Positions 36,785-46,241 of a stretch of 64,000 bases of DNA are shown here, piece by piece. Each line of letters starts with the position of its first letter. Positions within the stretch are counted from its first letter, which is position 1. The notes beneath the pieces are model-generated. The model ran no database searches and was not told the origin of the DNA. It saw nothing but the letters and a program-made list of their open reading frames with translations. A program made the position numbers and the translations under genes. Source of the DNA: Rhodothermia bacterium (GTDB lineage Bacteria; Bacteroidota; Rhodothermia; Rhodothermales; JAAAOL01); the NCBI GenBank assembly GCA_030428385.1, contig JAUIDY010000017.1:48-64047 (forward strand). Direction: 5' to 3'.

Positions 36785-37300
36785 TGCTTCAAGAGCACAG
36801 GGACCGGGACCCCAACATCCTATCTTGCACTGACCGGATGCCTCAGAAGCGACAAGCAGCCTCGTCAAATAACCAGTGCATCGCCCCTTCCAGCAGGGCT
36901 TGATACTCAGGAGCATGAAATGCCTCGCGGCGTCAATATCCCTCGTTGTCACCGTGACATCGTACTAAAAAACTGCCTGCAATTGTCGTGCTAATGGGGA
37001 CATCAGTACGACAGGGGTTTTTATACGCGGTGGCAGAAAAAACATCAAAACGGCTTTTGGGAACAACAGGTGGCAGGCTTGCACAACAGGTCGGCAGGTA
37101 TAAACTACGCAGAGACCGCATAGATCAGCCCTGGACACCCGGTGCAGTACCTCCACCAGCAAAAAGCACTTCTTCAGATTAAACAGGTTCGCCGCCCTTT
37201 TGGGATAGTTGACATACAAAAATTGATATGATTACTTTATTTCTTGCTGTCTACGCCACGGATCGCTGTGTCTATTCTTCGCCTCCACCCGTTATTGTTG

Positions 37301-37310
37301 CCCCCCCCCC
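37301..37310 (+). repeat. C10 homopolymer immediately 5' of the GH43 start codon
   Basis: cccccccccc at 37301-37310, followed directly by the ATG at 37311. Confidence 0.95.
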
Positions 37311-39608
37311 ATGCATCCCGCCTGTCGTTATCCCCTGCTTCTGGTCGTTTTTCTTTTGCTGGCCACCACCACGCACGCGCAACCAACCTATGTGAACGCC
37401 GTCATCCCCGGCGACCATCCCGATCCCACACTCACCCAGATCGGGAACGACTATTACACCTCCGGCTCGTCGTTTAACGTCACGCCCAAGATTTACCACT
37501 CCACCGACCTCGTTCACTGGCAGGTCATCGCACAGCCGGTTCCGGCAGACTGGGACCTCTACGGCGATGTGCCCGCAGGCGGCATCTGGGGTGGGCACAT
37601 GGTGTACCACGGCGGCCTCTACTGGCACTTCTTCGGGCGCGGCACGGGCGACCGGGCCATGTACTTCGTGACCTCGAACCGCCCAGAAGGACCGTGGGGG
37701 CCTCCGTTTCGCATGACGGTGCCTGCAGGCGTACCTGGATTCGGCGTCGACAACTCCATCTTCATCGACGAGGACGACCGCTGGTTCTTGCTCACCAAAA
37801 ACGGACGTTCCGCCAACTACCTCGTTGAGTTAGGCCCGAACGGCCAGCCCGAAGGAGAAATCTACGACCTCACATGGATCAACCCCGAATCGGAGGGCAA
37901 TCCCTTCGGGTGGGCCGAGGGGCCGGTCATGTGGAAGCACGACGGCTACTACTATTACAGCTTTGCGCAGCATCTGGCAGGCAACCAGTACGTGATGAAA
38001 AGTGCCGTGCAAGGCGCGCCCCTCTCCGACGACCCGGACGCCTGGGAGCGACCGCGGGTGCTGTTTGAAGGATCGCGGGATAACTTCCGCACGCCGAACC
38101 ACAGTTCGCCCGCCGTCACCACACCCCACGGCACCAGTTGGGTTATTTCGCAATCGTACGATGTGGCCGAGTGGCAGGCGCTGGGCCGCCAGGGCATCCT
38201 CAGCCAGATCGTCTACGACGCGCAGGGGTGGCCCACGGCGCAATACCCCAACGGCCCCGAAGCAGCCCCCGCCCTTCCCAGCAGCGGCATCCCGTGGACA
38301 GTACCCCGGTCGGACCGGTTTAATGAATCAAAGCTGGCACCGGACTGGTCATTCCTAGGCTTCACACCGGATGATTCCTACTCGCTCACCGAGCGGCCCG
38401 GCTGGCTGCGGCTTACGCCATCGGGGGGCAATCGCTTTTTTGTCGGCGAAAATACCGTCATCCAGAACGCCCCGGAGCACGCCTACACCCTGCTCACCCG
38501 TGTGGATTTTACACCTGTTGAGACATCCGATGAGGCGGGCCTCTGGACGTTCAACGGCCCCGAAACGCTACAAGCCAAGCTGTCCATCACCCGTGACGAT
38601 ACCGGCGCACGCAACGTGGTGTTCAGCTTTGACGAAACCATCCACGCCGTGCCGCTTGACCATGAGGGCATCATCTGGCTGCGGCTCCAGCGCGACGGTC
38701 ACGACCTCACCGGCTCCTTTAGCTTCAACGGGGCGGGCTGGACGCCGGTGGGCGAGGCCATCGACGTATCAAGAATGGACCGGGAGCAACCCGCCTCGGA
38801 GTCGAACTATGACTTCAACGCCTTCACCGGCAACCAGCAGGGGCTGTTCGTGCGGGGCGACATCCCGGCAGACTTCGATGCCTATATCTATCGCGATGCC
38901 TATTCACCCCTTCCCGCCCGGTATCCGTCTAACTACAGCGGCGTCATTGGGTCCAATGCGGGTTACCTCGGCAGCATCCATAACGGCGACTGGGCCATGT
39001 ACGCGGGCGTCGAATTGGGCGACTCTGCCGGCAATGGAAACGGTGCGAACTACACCCGCCGCCCGGAAACCCTGGAGCTTGTCGCCTCCAGCGCGGCGGC
39101 GGGGGGCATGGTCGAGATACGGCTCGACTCGCTGGATGGGCCAAAAATCGCCGAGGTTGTCATCGAAAGCACGGGCGGTTGGAGCGACTACATGACCTTC
39201 AGCGCTGATGTGAGCGCCGCCAGCGGGCAACACGACGTGTTTCTGGTGTTCACCGGTACCGATTCGGGCGAGTTGTTCCGCATCGAGCAATTCCAGTTTA
39301 CCACTACCGTCACCCTCTCCACGCCCAACGAAACTGCATCACCCGGCCCTGTGCTCCGCCAGAACCATCCGAACCCATTCGGGACCCGCCCCACCACCAT
39401 CGGCTATACCACGCAAGCAGCGGGGCCGGTCACTTTAGCCGTCTACAATGTGCTGGGACAGGAGGTGGCGACACTCGTGAACACCTTCCAGCCTGCGGGC
39501 CACCACACGGTCCGTTTCAGCGGACGTGATCTTCCGAGCGGCCTCTATTTCTACCGCCTCACGGTGGGTGCCTTTTCGGAAACCAAGATCATGACGCTGG
39601 TCCGTTAG
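37311..39608 (+). CDS. Glycoside hydrolase family 43 (beta-xylosidase/alpha-L-arabinofuranosidase type) with beta-sandwich domain, CBM6-like module and T9SS C-terminal sorting domain
   Basis: Signal peptide. NAVIPGDHPDPTLTQIGNDYYTSGSSF GH43 N-terminus. XynB-like C-terminal domain (LAPDWSFLG...GWLRL). CBM6-like GDWAMYAGVELG...GGWSDYMTFSADV...HDVFLVFTG. NHPNPFGTRPTTIGY...GLYFYRLTV...MTLVR. Confidence 0.85.
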   Translation: MHPACRYPLLLVVFLLLATTTHAQPTYVNAVIPGDHPDPTLTQIGNDYYTSGSSFNVTPKIYHSTDLVHWQVIAQPVPADWDLYGDVPAGGIWGGHMVYHGGLYWHFFGRGTGDRAMYFVTSNRPEGPWGPPFRMTVPAGVPGFGVDNSIFIDEDDRWFLLTKNGRSANYLVELGPNGQPEGEIYDLTWINPESEGNPFGWAEGPVMWKHDGYYYYSFAQHLAGNQYVMKSAVQGAPLSDDPDAWERPRVLFEGSRDNFRTPNHSSPAVTTPHGTSWVISQSYDVAEWQALGRQGILSQIVYDAQGWPTAQYPNGPEAAPALPSSGIPWTVPRSDRFNESKLAPDWSFLGFTPDDSYSLTERPGWLRLTPSGGNRFFVGENTVIQNAPEHAYTLLTRVDFTPVETSDEAGLWTFNGPETLQAKLSITRDDTGARNVVFSFDETIHAVPLDHEGIIWLRLQRDGHDLTGSFSFNGAGWTPVGEAIDVSRMDREQPASESNYDFNAFTGNQQGLFVRGDIPADFDAYIYRDAYSPLPARYPSNYSGVIGSNAGYLGSIHNGDWAMYAGVELGDSAGNGNGANYTRRPETLELVASSAAAGGMVEIRLDSLDGPKIAEVVIESTGGWSDYMTFSADVSAASGQHDVFLVFTGTDSGELFRIEQFQFTTTVTLSTPNETASPGPVLRQNHPNPFGTRPTTIGYTTQAAGPVTLAVYNVLGQEVATLVNTFQPAGHHTVRFSGRDLPSGLYFYRLTVGAFSETKIMTLVR

Positions 39609-39706
39609 GCATAGGGTGGATGCATACACAATAACCACCCGTGGGACGACCTCCGTGGCGCCCCGCGTACATAATCCCCAACCCTCTTTTTCTCTTGCCC
39701 CAAAGT

Positions 39707-39734
39707 CATATTACGAATATAAATTCGTAATATG
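39707..39734. promoter_or_regulatory. AT-rich inverted repeat CATATTACGAAT-ATAA-ATTCGTAATATG (12+4+12): candidate operator upstream of the GH30 gene
   Basis: Perfect 12-bp arms at 39707-39718 and 39723-39734, 47-74 nt upstream of the ATG at 39781. Confidence 0.45.
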
Positions 39735-39780
39735 TATTTCATATCTAAGCCCCAATTTTGAATCCTTACCCTGCTCTTTC

Positions 39781-41325
39781 ATGCCTCCACCCTTCCGCTC
39801 CTCGCTGCGTGTTGTGTCAAAGCCCCTTGGCTGTCTCCTTGCTTTGCTGGTTGCGTTTTCGCCCCCGGTCCAGGCACAGGAAGAAGTACACGTTTTCCTC
39901 GACAGCACGGCGCAGGTGATCCGGGGCTTTGGAGCGGCCAACATCGTGGGGTGGCGGCCCGACATGACCAGCGCCGAGATCGAAACGGCGTTTGGAACGG
40001 AGGAAGGCCAACTCGGCTTTTCAATCATGCGGCTGCGTATTCCGCCTCAGCAAAACCAGTGGGGCCTGAACCTGCCCTCAGCACAGGCCGCGCATGCCAT
40101 GGGCGTCACCGTAATCGCCTCGCCGTGGTCACCGCCTGCCTCCATGAAAACAAACAACAGCCTTGTGCGGGGGCGGCTTCGGGAGGATAGCTATGCTGAC
40201 TACGCGGCGTATCTGGACGACTTTAACACCTACATGAACGACAATGGCGTGCCGCTCTACGCCGTCTCGATCCAGAACGAGCCGGATGTGGAGGTGACGT
40301 ATGAGTCGTGCGACTGGAACGGAGAGGAAGTGCGGAAATTTATGGCGGAGAATGCCGGAGCCATCAACACCAACGTGATTGCTCCCGAATCCTTTCAGTT
40401 CAGGCGCAACGTGTCGGACCCCATGTTAAACGACCCGGACGCCCTCGCCAATGTGGACATCGTGGGCGGGCACATCTATGGAGGCGGGCTGGCTCCGTAT
40501 CCGCTGGCCCAGGAAAAGGGCAAGGAGGTTTGGATGACCGAGCACCTCGTCCTGGACATCAACCTGGCCGCCAACATCGGGACGGCCACGGAGATTCAGA
40601 ACGTGATGAAAGCGGGGATGAGCGCTTACATCTGGTGGTACATCGTCCGGTTTTACGGCCCCATCAGCGATGGCGAAATGGGCGGCTATGCCAAAGGCGA
40701 AATCACCAAACGCGGCTATGCCATGTCGCAATTCTCCCGGTTCATCCGCCCCGGCTATATGCGCGTGCACACCGATGATACGGCATCAAACGTTTCCGTC
40801 ACAGCCTACAAGGATGACTCGCGGGTTGTTATCGTGGCGATCAACGATGGCGCGGCGTCTGAAGACGTTCAGTTCACGCTAGACGGCAGCATGGACGGTT
40901 TATTTAGCCGCTATGTAACCAGCGAAACGCAAAACGTGGAGCGCATGGACGACATCGCTCTTTCTGGCCATGCGTTTACCGCGACGCTCGGCCCCCGCAG
41001 CGTGACGACGTTTGTGTCGGATGCCACCGTGCTGTCCGATGAAAACACCGACGAGCTACCGACGGCCTACCAACTTCTCCAGAACTACCCCAACCCGTTC
41101 GCCTCTGCTACGACCATTGGCTATGCCATTCCGCACGCCAGCAATGTCACGCTGGAGGTATTCGACGTGATGGGCCGCAAGGTCGCAACACTGGTAGACG
41201 GCATGGTTCCGGCCGGCAGCCATCAGACCTCCTTTAACGCCGCCGCTCTCTCCGCCGGGGTGTATATTTATCAACTCAGCGCCAATGGAAGCGTACAGAC
41301 GCAACGGATGACGGTGGTGAAATAG
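39781..41325 (+). CDS. xynC: Glycoside hydrolase family 30 subfamily 8 glucuronoxylanase (XynC-like) with T9SS C-terminal sorting domain
   Basis: ATG at 39781. Collinear with B. subtilis XynC as recalled: VIRGFGAAN, QLGFSIMRLRI, ASPWSPPASM, LYAVSIQNEPD, VIAPESFQF, LNDPDALANVDIVGGHIYG, EVWMTE, YIWWYIVRFYGP, ITKRGYAMSQFSRFIRPGY. C-terminus NYPNPFASATTIGY...GVYIYQL...MTVVK. Confidence 0.88.
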   Translation: MPPPFRSSLRVVSKPLGCLLALLVAFSPPVQAQEEVHVFLDSTAQVIRGFGAANIVGWRPDMTSAEIETAFGTEEGQLGFSIMRLRIPPQQNQWGLNLPSAQAAHAMGVTVIASPWSPPASMKTNNSLVRGRLREDSYADYAAYLDDFNTYMNDNGVPLYAVSIQNEPDVEVTYESCDWNGEEVRKFMAENAGAINTNVIAPESFQFRRNVSDPMLNDPDALANVDIVGGHIYGGGLAPYPLAQEKGKEVWMTEHLVLDINLAANIGTATEIQNVMKAGMSAYIWWYIVRFYGPISDGEMGGYAKGEITKRGYAMSQFSRFIRPGYMRVHTDDTASNVSVTAYKDDSRVVIVAINDGAASEDVQFTLDGSMDGLFSRYVTSETQNVERMDDIALSGHAFTATLGPRSVTTFVSDATVLSDENTDELPTAYQLLQNYPNPFASATTIGYAIPHASNVTLEVFDVMGRKVATLVDGMVPAGSHQTSFNAAALSAGVYIYQLSANGSVQTQRMTVVK

Positions 41326-41334
41326 GGGAGTGCG

Positions 41335-43770
41335 CTATTTCATCAGCACCATCTGCCCAACCTGCATCTGCTCGCCAGCCTGCAAACGGTAGAGGTAGAT
41401 CCCACTCGCAAGCCCCGAGGCATCAAACAGCGCCTCATGTTCTCCTGCGCGCTGCGGCTCTGCCACCAACGACGCCACGAGGCGGCCCATGATATCGTAC
41501 ACTTTCAGCGTGACGTCGGCGGGGTTATCCAGGACGTACCGGATGCGGGTCGTTCCCGAAAAGGGATTGGGCAGGTTGCCTACTGCCATCACGGACGGCA
41601 CCTCGGCTTCTGGCTCCACCGCGACGGTGAAATCCGCGAGGTACTCCTGAAGCCATACCAACGCGGGGCGGGGTTGTCCATTGGCCTCCACCAGGTAGGC
41701 TTCCTGATCCGTCCGCCACAGGCCGGGCCGCCATCCCCAGAACGTAATCCCTTCCACCGACGGGTGCTCCCACATGGCCGGGAAAATACGCTGCATGTCC
41801 TGTAACTGGTTCTGGTCCGACTGTTCAGGCGTGACATTGGGACTCTGGTTGGGGTTGCCATCCACGTCCATCTCTGTCACCTGGATCGGCAGACCGGTTG
41901 CGCCCAGCATGTCTAGCACGGCTGTGATGGGGGCACCGGGCCGCGTGGAAAAAGCATGACCCTGCACACCGATGACATCAATGAGGTTGCGTTCCTGAAG
42001 CAGGTTAATCACTTGCAGATAAGACTGCCCGCCGCCGGTGCTTCCGAGGATGCCGTAGTCGTTGAGCATGAGGCGTGTGCCTTCGGGGAAAATCTCGCGT
42101 GCCATCTCGAAGGCCGTGATCACCCAGTCGTACCCGGTGTCGCCTCTTCCGCCGAGCGCATCCATGTAGTTGGCGCGGCCATTATTTCCATCCGGTGGGT
42201 TGTGCGTCGGTAGCACTTCATTCGCCACCTGCACTACTTCCATATCCGGGTAACGCTCGGCGACAGCCTCAAACCACTCCCTGATTTCTTCCACCTGCTC
42301 TTCCGGCGGGAGGTTCGAGATCCACCCCGGTTGCTGGTTGCCCCACAGGAGCACATGGAAATTATAAAGGAGTCCGTTTTCCTGCGCCAGTTGATACGAG
42401 GCATCAAGCCCGCCCCAGTTCATCTGGTCGCGCGTGCCTTCCACGCTTCCCCATTTTCCCGCGTTCTCGGCGATGACGTAGTTCCAGTAGTACTCAAAAT
42501 CTGCCGTCTGCGAGGGGCTGTAGATGTTGCCCACAAACTTGTTGAGCCCTGCTGCCAGTGGCTCATCCGGTAGTTCAAACCCGCCGTCTCCCATCGTCGG
42601 CGAACCGGACTCGCCGTTGTCCAAGTTGGCGACGGTGAAGAACAGATCGGAGCGCCCAAAAGCGAGCCGGTCGATAAGCAAGCCGTTTTCCCGCGCGCCA
42701 ATCTCGAACGTCTGGGTCAGGTTGCCTTCTTCAACCACAAAGGTGGCGGCCGGGACCTCGTTGAAGTTATTATCGGAAAGGTTGACCCACTTCCATTCCT
42801 CGGAGCCGACGCCCCCGAGCCCCACCACATAGTCGTCATCAACGTTAAAACCTGCTGCTGCCAGTTGGTTGGCAATCACCCAATCATCCGCAAGCTCTGG
42901 ATCTTTATCGCCAAAGGCGTTGGCGTAGAAAAAACTGTCGTCGTTAAAGGTGCCGCCGCCGACGTACACATACGCAAAGAGGTCATACTCGCCCGCCTCC
43001 GCAAAGGTGACTTCATAGCTGGCGGTGCGGTTGGCTCCGGGATGGTCGCCATCGCCTGTTGTTTCGTTGAAGTCCGTGGTGATGTTGATGTACGAGACGC
43101 CGAGGTTGTCGGTGCCTGTCTCGTACTCGCCGCCCAGATCGCCGTCCTCGGCCTCAACGACAACGGCCGGAGCGCCCGCATTCGGGTCGATGATGGTGAG
43201 GTTGTCGATGTAGATCGTGTTGCCCACGTTGGCCCCCACGCCAAAGTGGATCGGCGCGCGGATCACGGTCTCGCTGTCCGTAACCGTAAACTCAAAGGTA
43301 ATCTCTTGCCAGTCCGTCGTGACCGGGTTGGTGAGGCGACCGTATTCCTGAAATGATTGATTCCCCACGGTGAAGCTGACCTGCGCGCCTCCCTGTGCCG
43401 CCCTTGCCCATATTGAATAGGTATAGGTCACCCCCGGCGTGACGTTTATCGGAAACGCGGTGGCCTCCACACCCCACGGGTTCGCACCCGCATTGTTGAC
43501 CGTGATGGCCAGCGCTTTGTCGCCGTCCTGCGCGGCTTCGACGATTTCGAACGTCGGTGCCGGGTTCACGTCGCCGCCCACAGCGAAGGCCCAGCCCTCC
43601 AATCCGGCCCCCACGTCGGTGATGACCCCGGTGGGTGAGTTTTCAAAACTACCGTTGATGTTGCTCTGCGCAAAAGCGCTTCCAGCAAATACAAAAGCAA
43701 CGAGCATGAACAGGCCAACGATGCGGGTGACGATGGCGCTTGAACGGGCGTTGGCGGTACACATAAACAT
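41335..43770 (-). CDS. Glycoside hydrolase family 10 endo-1,4-beta-xylanase with CBM4/9(22)-like module, an unassigned 190-aa module and T9SS C-terminal sorting domain
   Basis: Start at the ATG at 43770 or 43764 ([35 protein letters not shown]). CBM4_9-like [10 protein letters not shown]...GWAF...PWGVEA. GH10 blocks [19 protein letters not shown] (acid/base) and IQVTEMDV (nucleophile). [14 protein letters not shown]...GIYLYRLQA...MVLMK. Confidence 0.9.
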   Translation of the reverse strand: MFMCTANARSSAIVTRIVGLFMLVAFVFAGSAFAQSNINGSFENSPTGVITDVGAGLEGWAFAVGGDVNPAPTFEIVEAAQDGDKALAITVNNAGANPWGVEATAFPINVTPGVTYTYSIWARAAQGGAQVSFTVGNQSFQEYGRLTNPVTTDWQEITFEFTVTDSETVIRAPIHFGVGANVGNTIYIDNLTIIDPNAGAPAVVVEAEDGDLGGEYETGTDNLGVSYINITTDFNETTGDGDHPGANRTASYEVTFAEAGEYDLFAYVYVGGGTFNDDSFFYANAFGDKDPELADDWVIANQLAAAGFNVDDDYVVGLGGVGSEEWKWVNLSDNNFNEVPAATFVVEEGNLTQTFEIGARENGLLIDRLAFGRSDLFFTVANLDNGESGSPTMGDGGFELPDEPLAAGLNKFVGNIYSPSQTADFEYYWNYVIAENAGKWGSVEGTRDQMNWGGLDASYQLAQENGLLYNFHVLLWGNQQPGWISNLPPEEQVEEIREWFEAVAERYPDMEVVQVANEVLPTHNPPDGNNGRANYMDALGGRGDTGYDWVITAFEMAREIFPEGTRLMLNDYGILGSTGGGQSYLQVINLLQERNLIDVIGVQGHAFSTRPGAPITAVLDMLGATGLPIQVTEMDVDGNPNQSPNVTPEQSDQNQLQDMQRIFPAMWEHPSVEGITFWGWRPGLWRTDQEAYLVEANGQPRPALVWLQEYLADFTVAVEPEAEVPSVMAVGNLPNPFSGTTRIRYVLDNPADVTLKVYDIMGRLVASLVAEPQRAGEHEALFDASGLASGIYLYRLQAGEQMQVGQMVLMK

Positions 43771-44024
43771 CAGCGTGGCTCCGCGAGGGGTGGTTGGTGG
43801 AGAAAAGGAAGAAAATCGAGGCATGCCCAATGCTGGCATCATCGATAAAGGTAAAGTCATATGATGAATCTGAATGCTAAGAAGGATGGTGCTACTTGTC
43901 AAGCCTTTTTCGTTACCGACATGGTAACTTTGACGGACAACCGGTTCTTCTCGCACAGGCTTTTTCAAGCCCTTGGGCACCGTGTGTCTAGACTATGCCC
44001 GTCGTGGAATGCCTGTATCTCCAT

Positions 44025-46226
44025 TCATCGGAGCACCACCATCTTGTTCATCAGCCTGCGTTCGCCCACCTGCAGGCGGTACATATAGAGTCCCGAAGGA
44101 AGGGTGGCGGCATCAAACGTGACCGTATGCATTCCTTCTGCCTGAACCTCATCTACGAGGACGGCTACTTTCTGCCCAATCATATTAAAGACCTCTAGCT
44201 GTACCCGTGTGGACGCGGGCAGGCGATACGGAATCTTCGTCTCTTGCTGAAACGGATTCGGATAGTTCTGACCCAAGGCAAAATCGCCCGCAAGGCCCTC
44301 GGGGAGGGCTTCCGTCGCAACGATTTGGCCCACCGGTGCTACGTATACCCGATATCCGTAGAGCGGATCAGCGATATCCACCGGGACCGTGATTGAGCCT
44401 TCCGCAACCTCGTAGGTGGTGAGGGACACGGTAACGGGGCCTGCCACGGGCGTGTCTTTGTTGGACCACGGCACATATTCCACCTGCACATCCACCTCGT
44501 CGCCAAAGCTGGCGGGGATGCCGCTGATCACTACATCCACATTGCCCATGTGGTCGCCTCCCAAACCGATGCTGGCATATGCTGCGTCCATATCCAGATT
44601 TGCAAAACCGTCGATGCCATCCCCACTTTCGCTCGGCGGTGTTACCCGCACCATGTCCCCGGTCATGTCGCCATACCACTTATAGAACCACCAGCCGCCG
44701 CCTCGCTCATTGCTCGCCGTCAGCAGACTCCCCAACCGGCCGGGCAAATTGACAAACCACCAGGAAATAGAAGCGCTGTGGACCAGCTTGCGCTCGAATT
44801 TAGCAATAAACGGAGCCGAAATGCCGGGCGCGCCTTCGTATTCACGCGTCGTGTGCGAGTACTCGTTGATGCTGATCTCGCGGGGTGCAATACCGAGACT
44901 GCTCTCCAGCGACCGGTAGCTGTCGATATTGCTGCTCACATTGTCCGAACCCCCGAGTTCATGCCACGAAATAATATCGGGCAGGCAGTCATTTTGGATA
45001 CAAAACGTCAGGAACTCCTCGATGCGCGAGCGGCTGTAAAACGAATCCGAGGGTCCAATAATAGCGGCTTCGGGGTCCAGCGAGCGGATCAGGTCACAGG
45101 TGGGCTTCCAAAGGGTGGAAAAGAACTCGCCGTTGGCCGTATCCCATGTGCCGTGCTGTTCGTTCCATATCTCATAGCCGTAGTAGTTATCGCGTCCAGA
45201 CGCAATCTTGTCATTGATGACGCCCGTAACCTGGGAGACCCAACTCGCCTCGCCGGGCCAGATATAGGGCCAATTAGGAGAAATATCCGCCAACCGGATC
45301 GCGACCTGGCCTGTCGTAGAAGCGAGCCGTGCTGAAACCGGGATGGCGGCGCCAAAGGGCTGTTGGTGTCCTGCTCCAGACAGGGCTGGCTGCACATACA
45401 CATAGGGTTTGAGGGGAGCGACCATCTCTTCCAGGTTGGCGGGCAAGGTTTCCGTGACGCCATACAGCGCACCAGAGGCTGCATGCGTAACGGGCCGCAG
45501 GATATCGGAAAGATCGACCCGCAGCGTGTTCTCAATGTCTGGAATTTCGAATACGCCGGGCTCCCCATTGTCCAGGTTCTCCACGGTGTAGAATGCATCC
45601 AGCGGCGCAAAGGCAAACTTGTCAATGTCGAGCCCATCCTCCCGCGCACCGATCTCGAAGACTTGCGTCAGCGCCCCCGCCGCGACGACGAACGGGTCTC
45701 CCGGCTCGCTTGTCACGTCGTAGCTCGTGAGCCGCAGCCACTTCCATACCTCACTGCCCAGCGTCCCCGCCGACTCCACGTAGGCACCAGCGTCTGCGTA
45801 GCCTACGCCTGCGAGGCCGTTGACCAGCGTCCAGGCATCAGGATTTGTTGGATCGTGCGCTTCCCCAAAGCCAATGCCGTAGAAAAAGCTGTCATCATCA
45901 AACGCACCGGGGCCAACACGCAGACGCACATAGAGCGCATAGGTACCCGCTTCAGGAAACGTAACCACGTAACTTGCGGTGCGCCCCGCGCCCGGAAACC
46001 CGGCGTCTCCCGTTGTCTCGTTAAAGTTGGTCGTGATGGAGATGTAGGAAGCAGAGTCTTCGCTGAGCGTGGCAAATTCACCACCGATGGTGCCCGACTC
46101 CGCCTCGACAAGCAGGGGCGGCGGCGCGGCATCTTGCGCCATCGATGGAATCGTGGTGGGCACCAGGACGAGGAGCCCGAAGAGGGTGGTCATTACCACC
46201 AACAGCGCGGGGAAGCGGGTATTCAT
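44025..46226 (-). CDS. Secreted putative glycoside hydrolase (clan GH-A-like core, family unassigned) with the same N-terminal 190-aa module as the GH10 enzyme and a T9SS C-terminal sorting domain
   Basis: Signal peptide MNTRFPALLVVMTTLFGLLVLVPTTIPSMAQ. Module LLVEAESGTIGGEF...YTVENLDNGEPG. Core contains YYGYEIWNEQHG (candidate acid/base) and EISINEYSH (candidate nucleophile) 99 aa apart. NYPNPFQQETKIPY...GLYMYRLQV...MVVLR. Confidence 0.6.
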   Translation of the reverse strand: MNTRFPALLVVMTTLFGLLVLVPTTIPSMAQDAAPPPLLVEAESGTIGGEFATLSEDSASYISITTNFNETTGDAGFPGAGRTASYVVTFPEAGTYALYVRLRVGPGAFDDDSFFYGIGFGEAHDPTNPDAWTLVNGLAGVGYADAGAYVESAGTLGSEVWKWLRLTSYDVTSEPGDPFVVAAGALTQVFEIGAREDGLDIDKFAFAPLDAFYTVENLDNGEPGVFEIPDIENTLRVDLSDILRPVTHAASGALYGVTETLPANLEEMVAPLKPYVYVQPALSGAGHQQPFGAAIPVSARLASTTGQVAIRLADISPNWPYIWPGEASWVSQVTGVINDKIASGRDNYYGYEIWNEQHGTWDTANGEFFSTLWKPTCDLIRSLDPEAAIIGPSDSFYSRSRIEEFLTFCIQNDCLPDIISWHELGGSDNVSSNIDSYRSLESSLGIAPREISINEYSHTTREYEGAPGISAPFIAKFERKLVHSASISWWFVNLPGRLGSLLTASNERGGGWWFYKWYGDMTGDMVRVTPPSESGDGIDGFANLDMDAAYASIGLGGDHMGNVDVVISGIPASFGDEVDVQVEYVPWSNKDTPVAGPVTVSLTTYEVAEGSITVPVDIADPLYGYRVYVAPVGQIVATEALPEGLAGDFALGQNYPNPFQQETKIPYRLPASTRVQLEVFNMIGQKVAVLVDEVQAEGMHTVTFDAATLPSGLYMYRLQVGERRLMNKMVVLR

Positions 46227-46241
46227 TGGAGCGGGGGACTA

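Noticed and set aside
43912-43928. GTTACC-GACAT-GGTAAC inverted repeat upstream of the GH10 gene, considered as another operator.
   Set aside because: It has only 6-bp arms, lies 140-160 nt from the start codon, and may fall inside an alternative 5' region. It is too weak to call without conservation data.
43771-43980. N-terminal extensions in the longest-ORF models, including GH10 43771-43980, membrane protein 28883-29086, permease 25959-26000, beta-helix 14073-14165 and acyl-CoA dehydrogenase 30175-30330.
   Set aside because: The extensions lack signal-peptide logic, overlap neighbouring genes or repeats, and an internal ATG directly precedes a canonical signal peptide or the conserved N-terminus. 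The shorter models were adopted.
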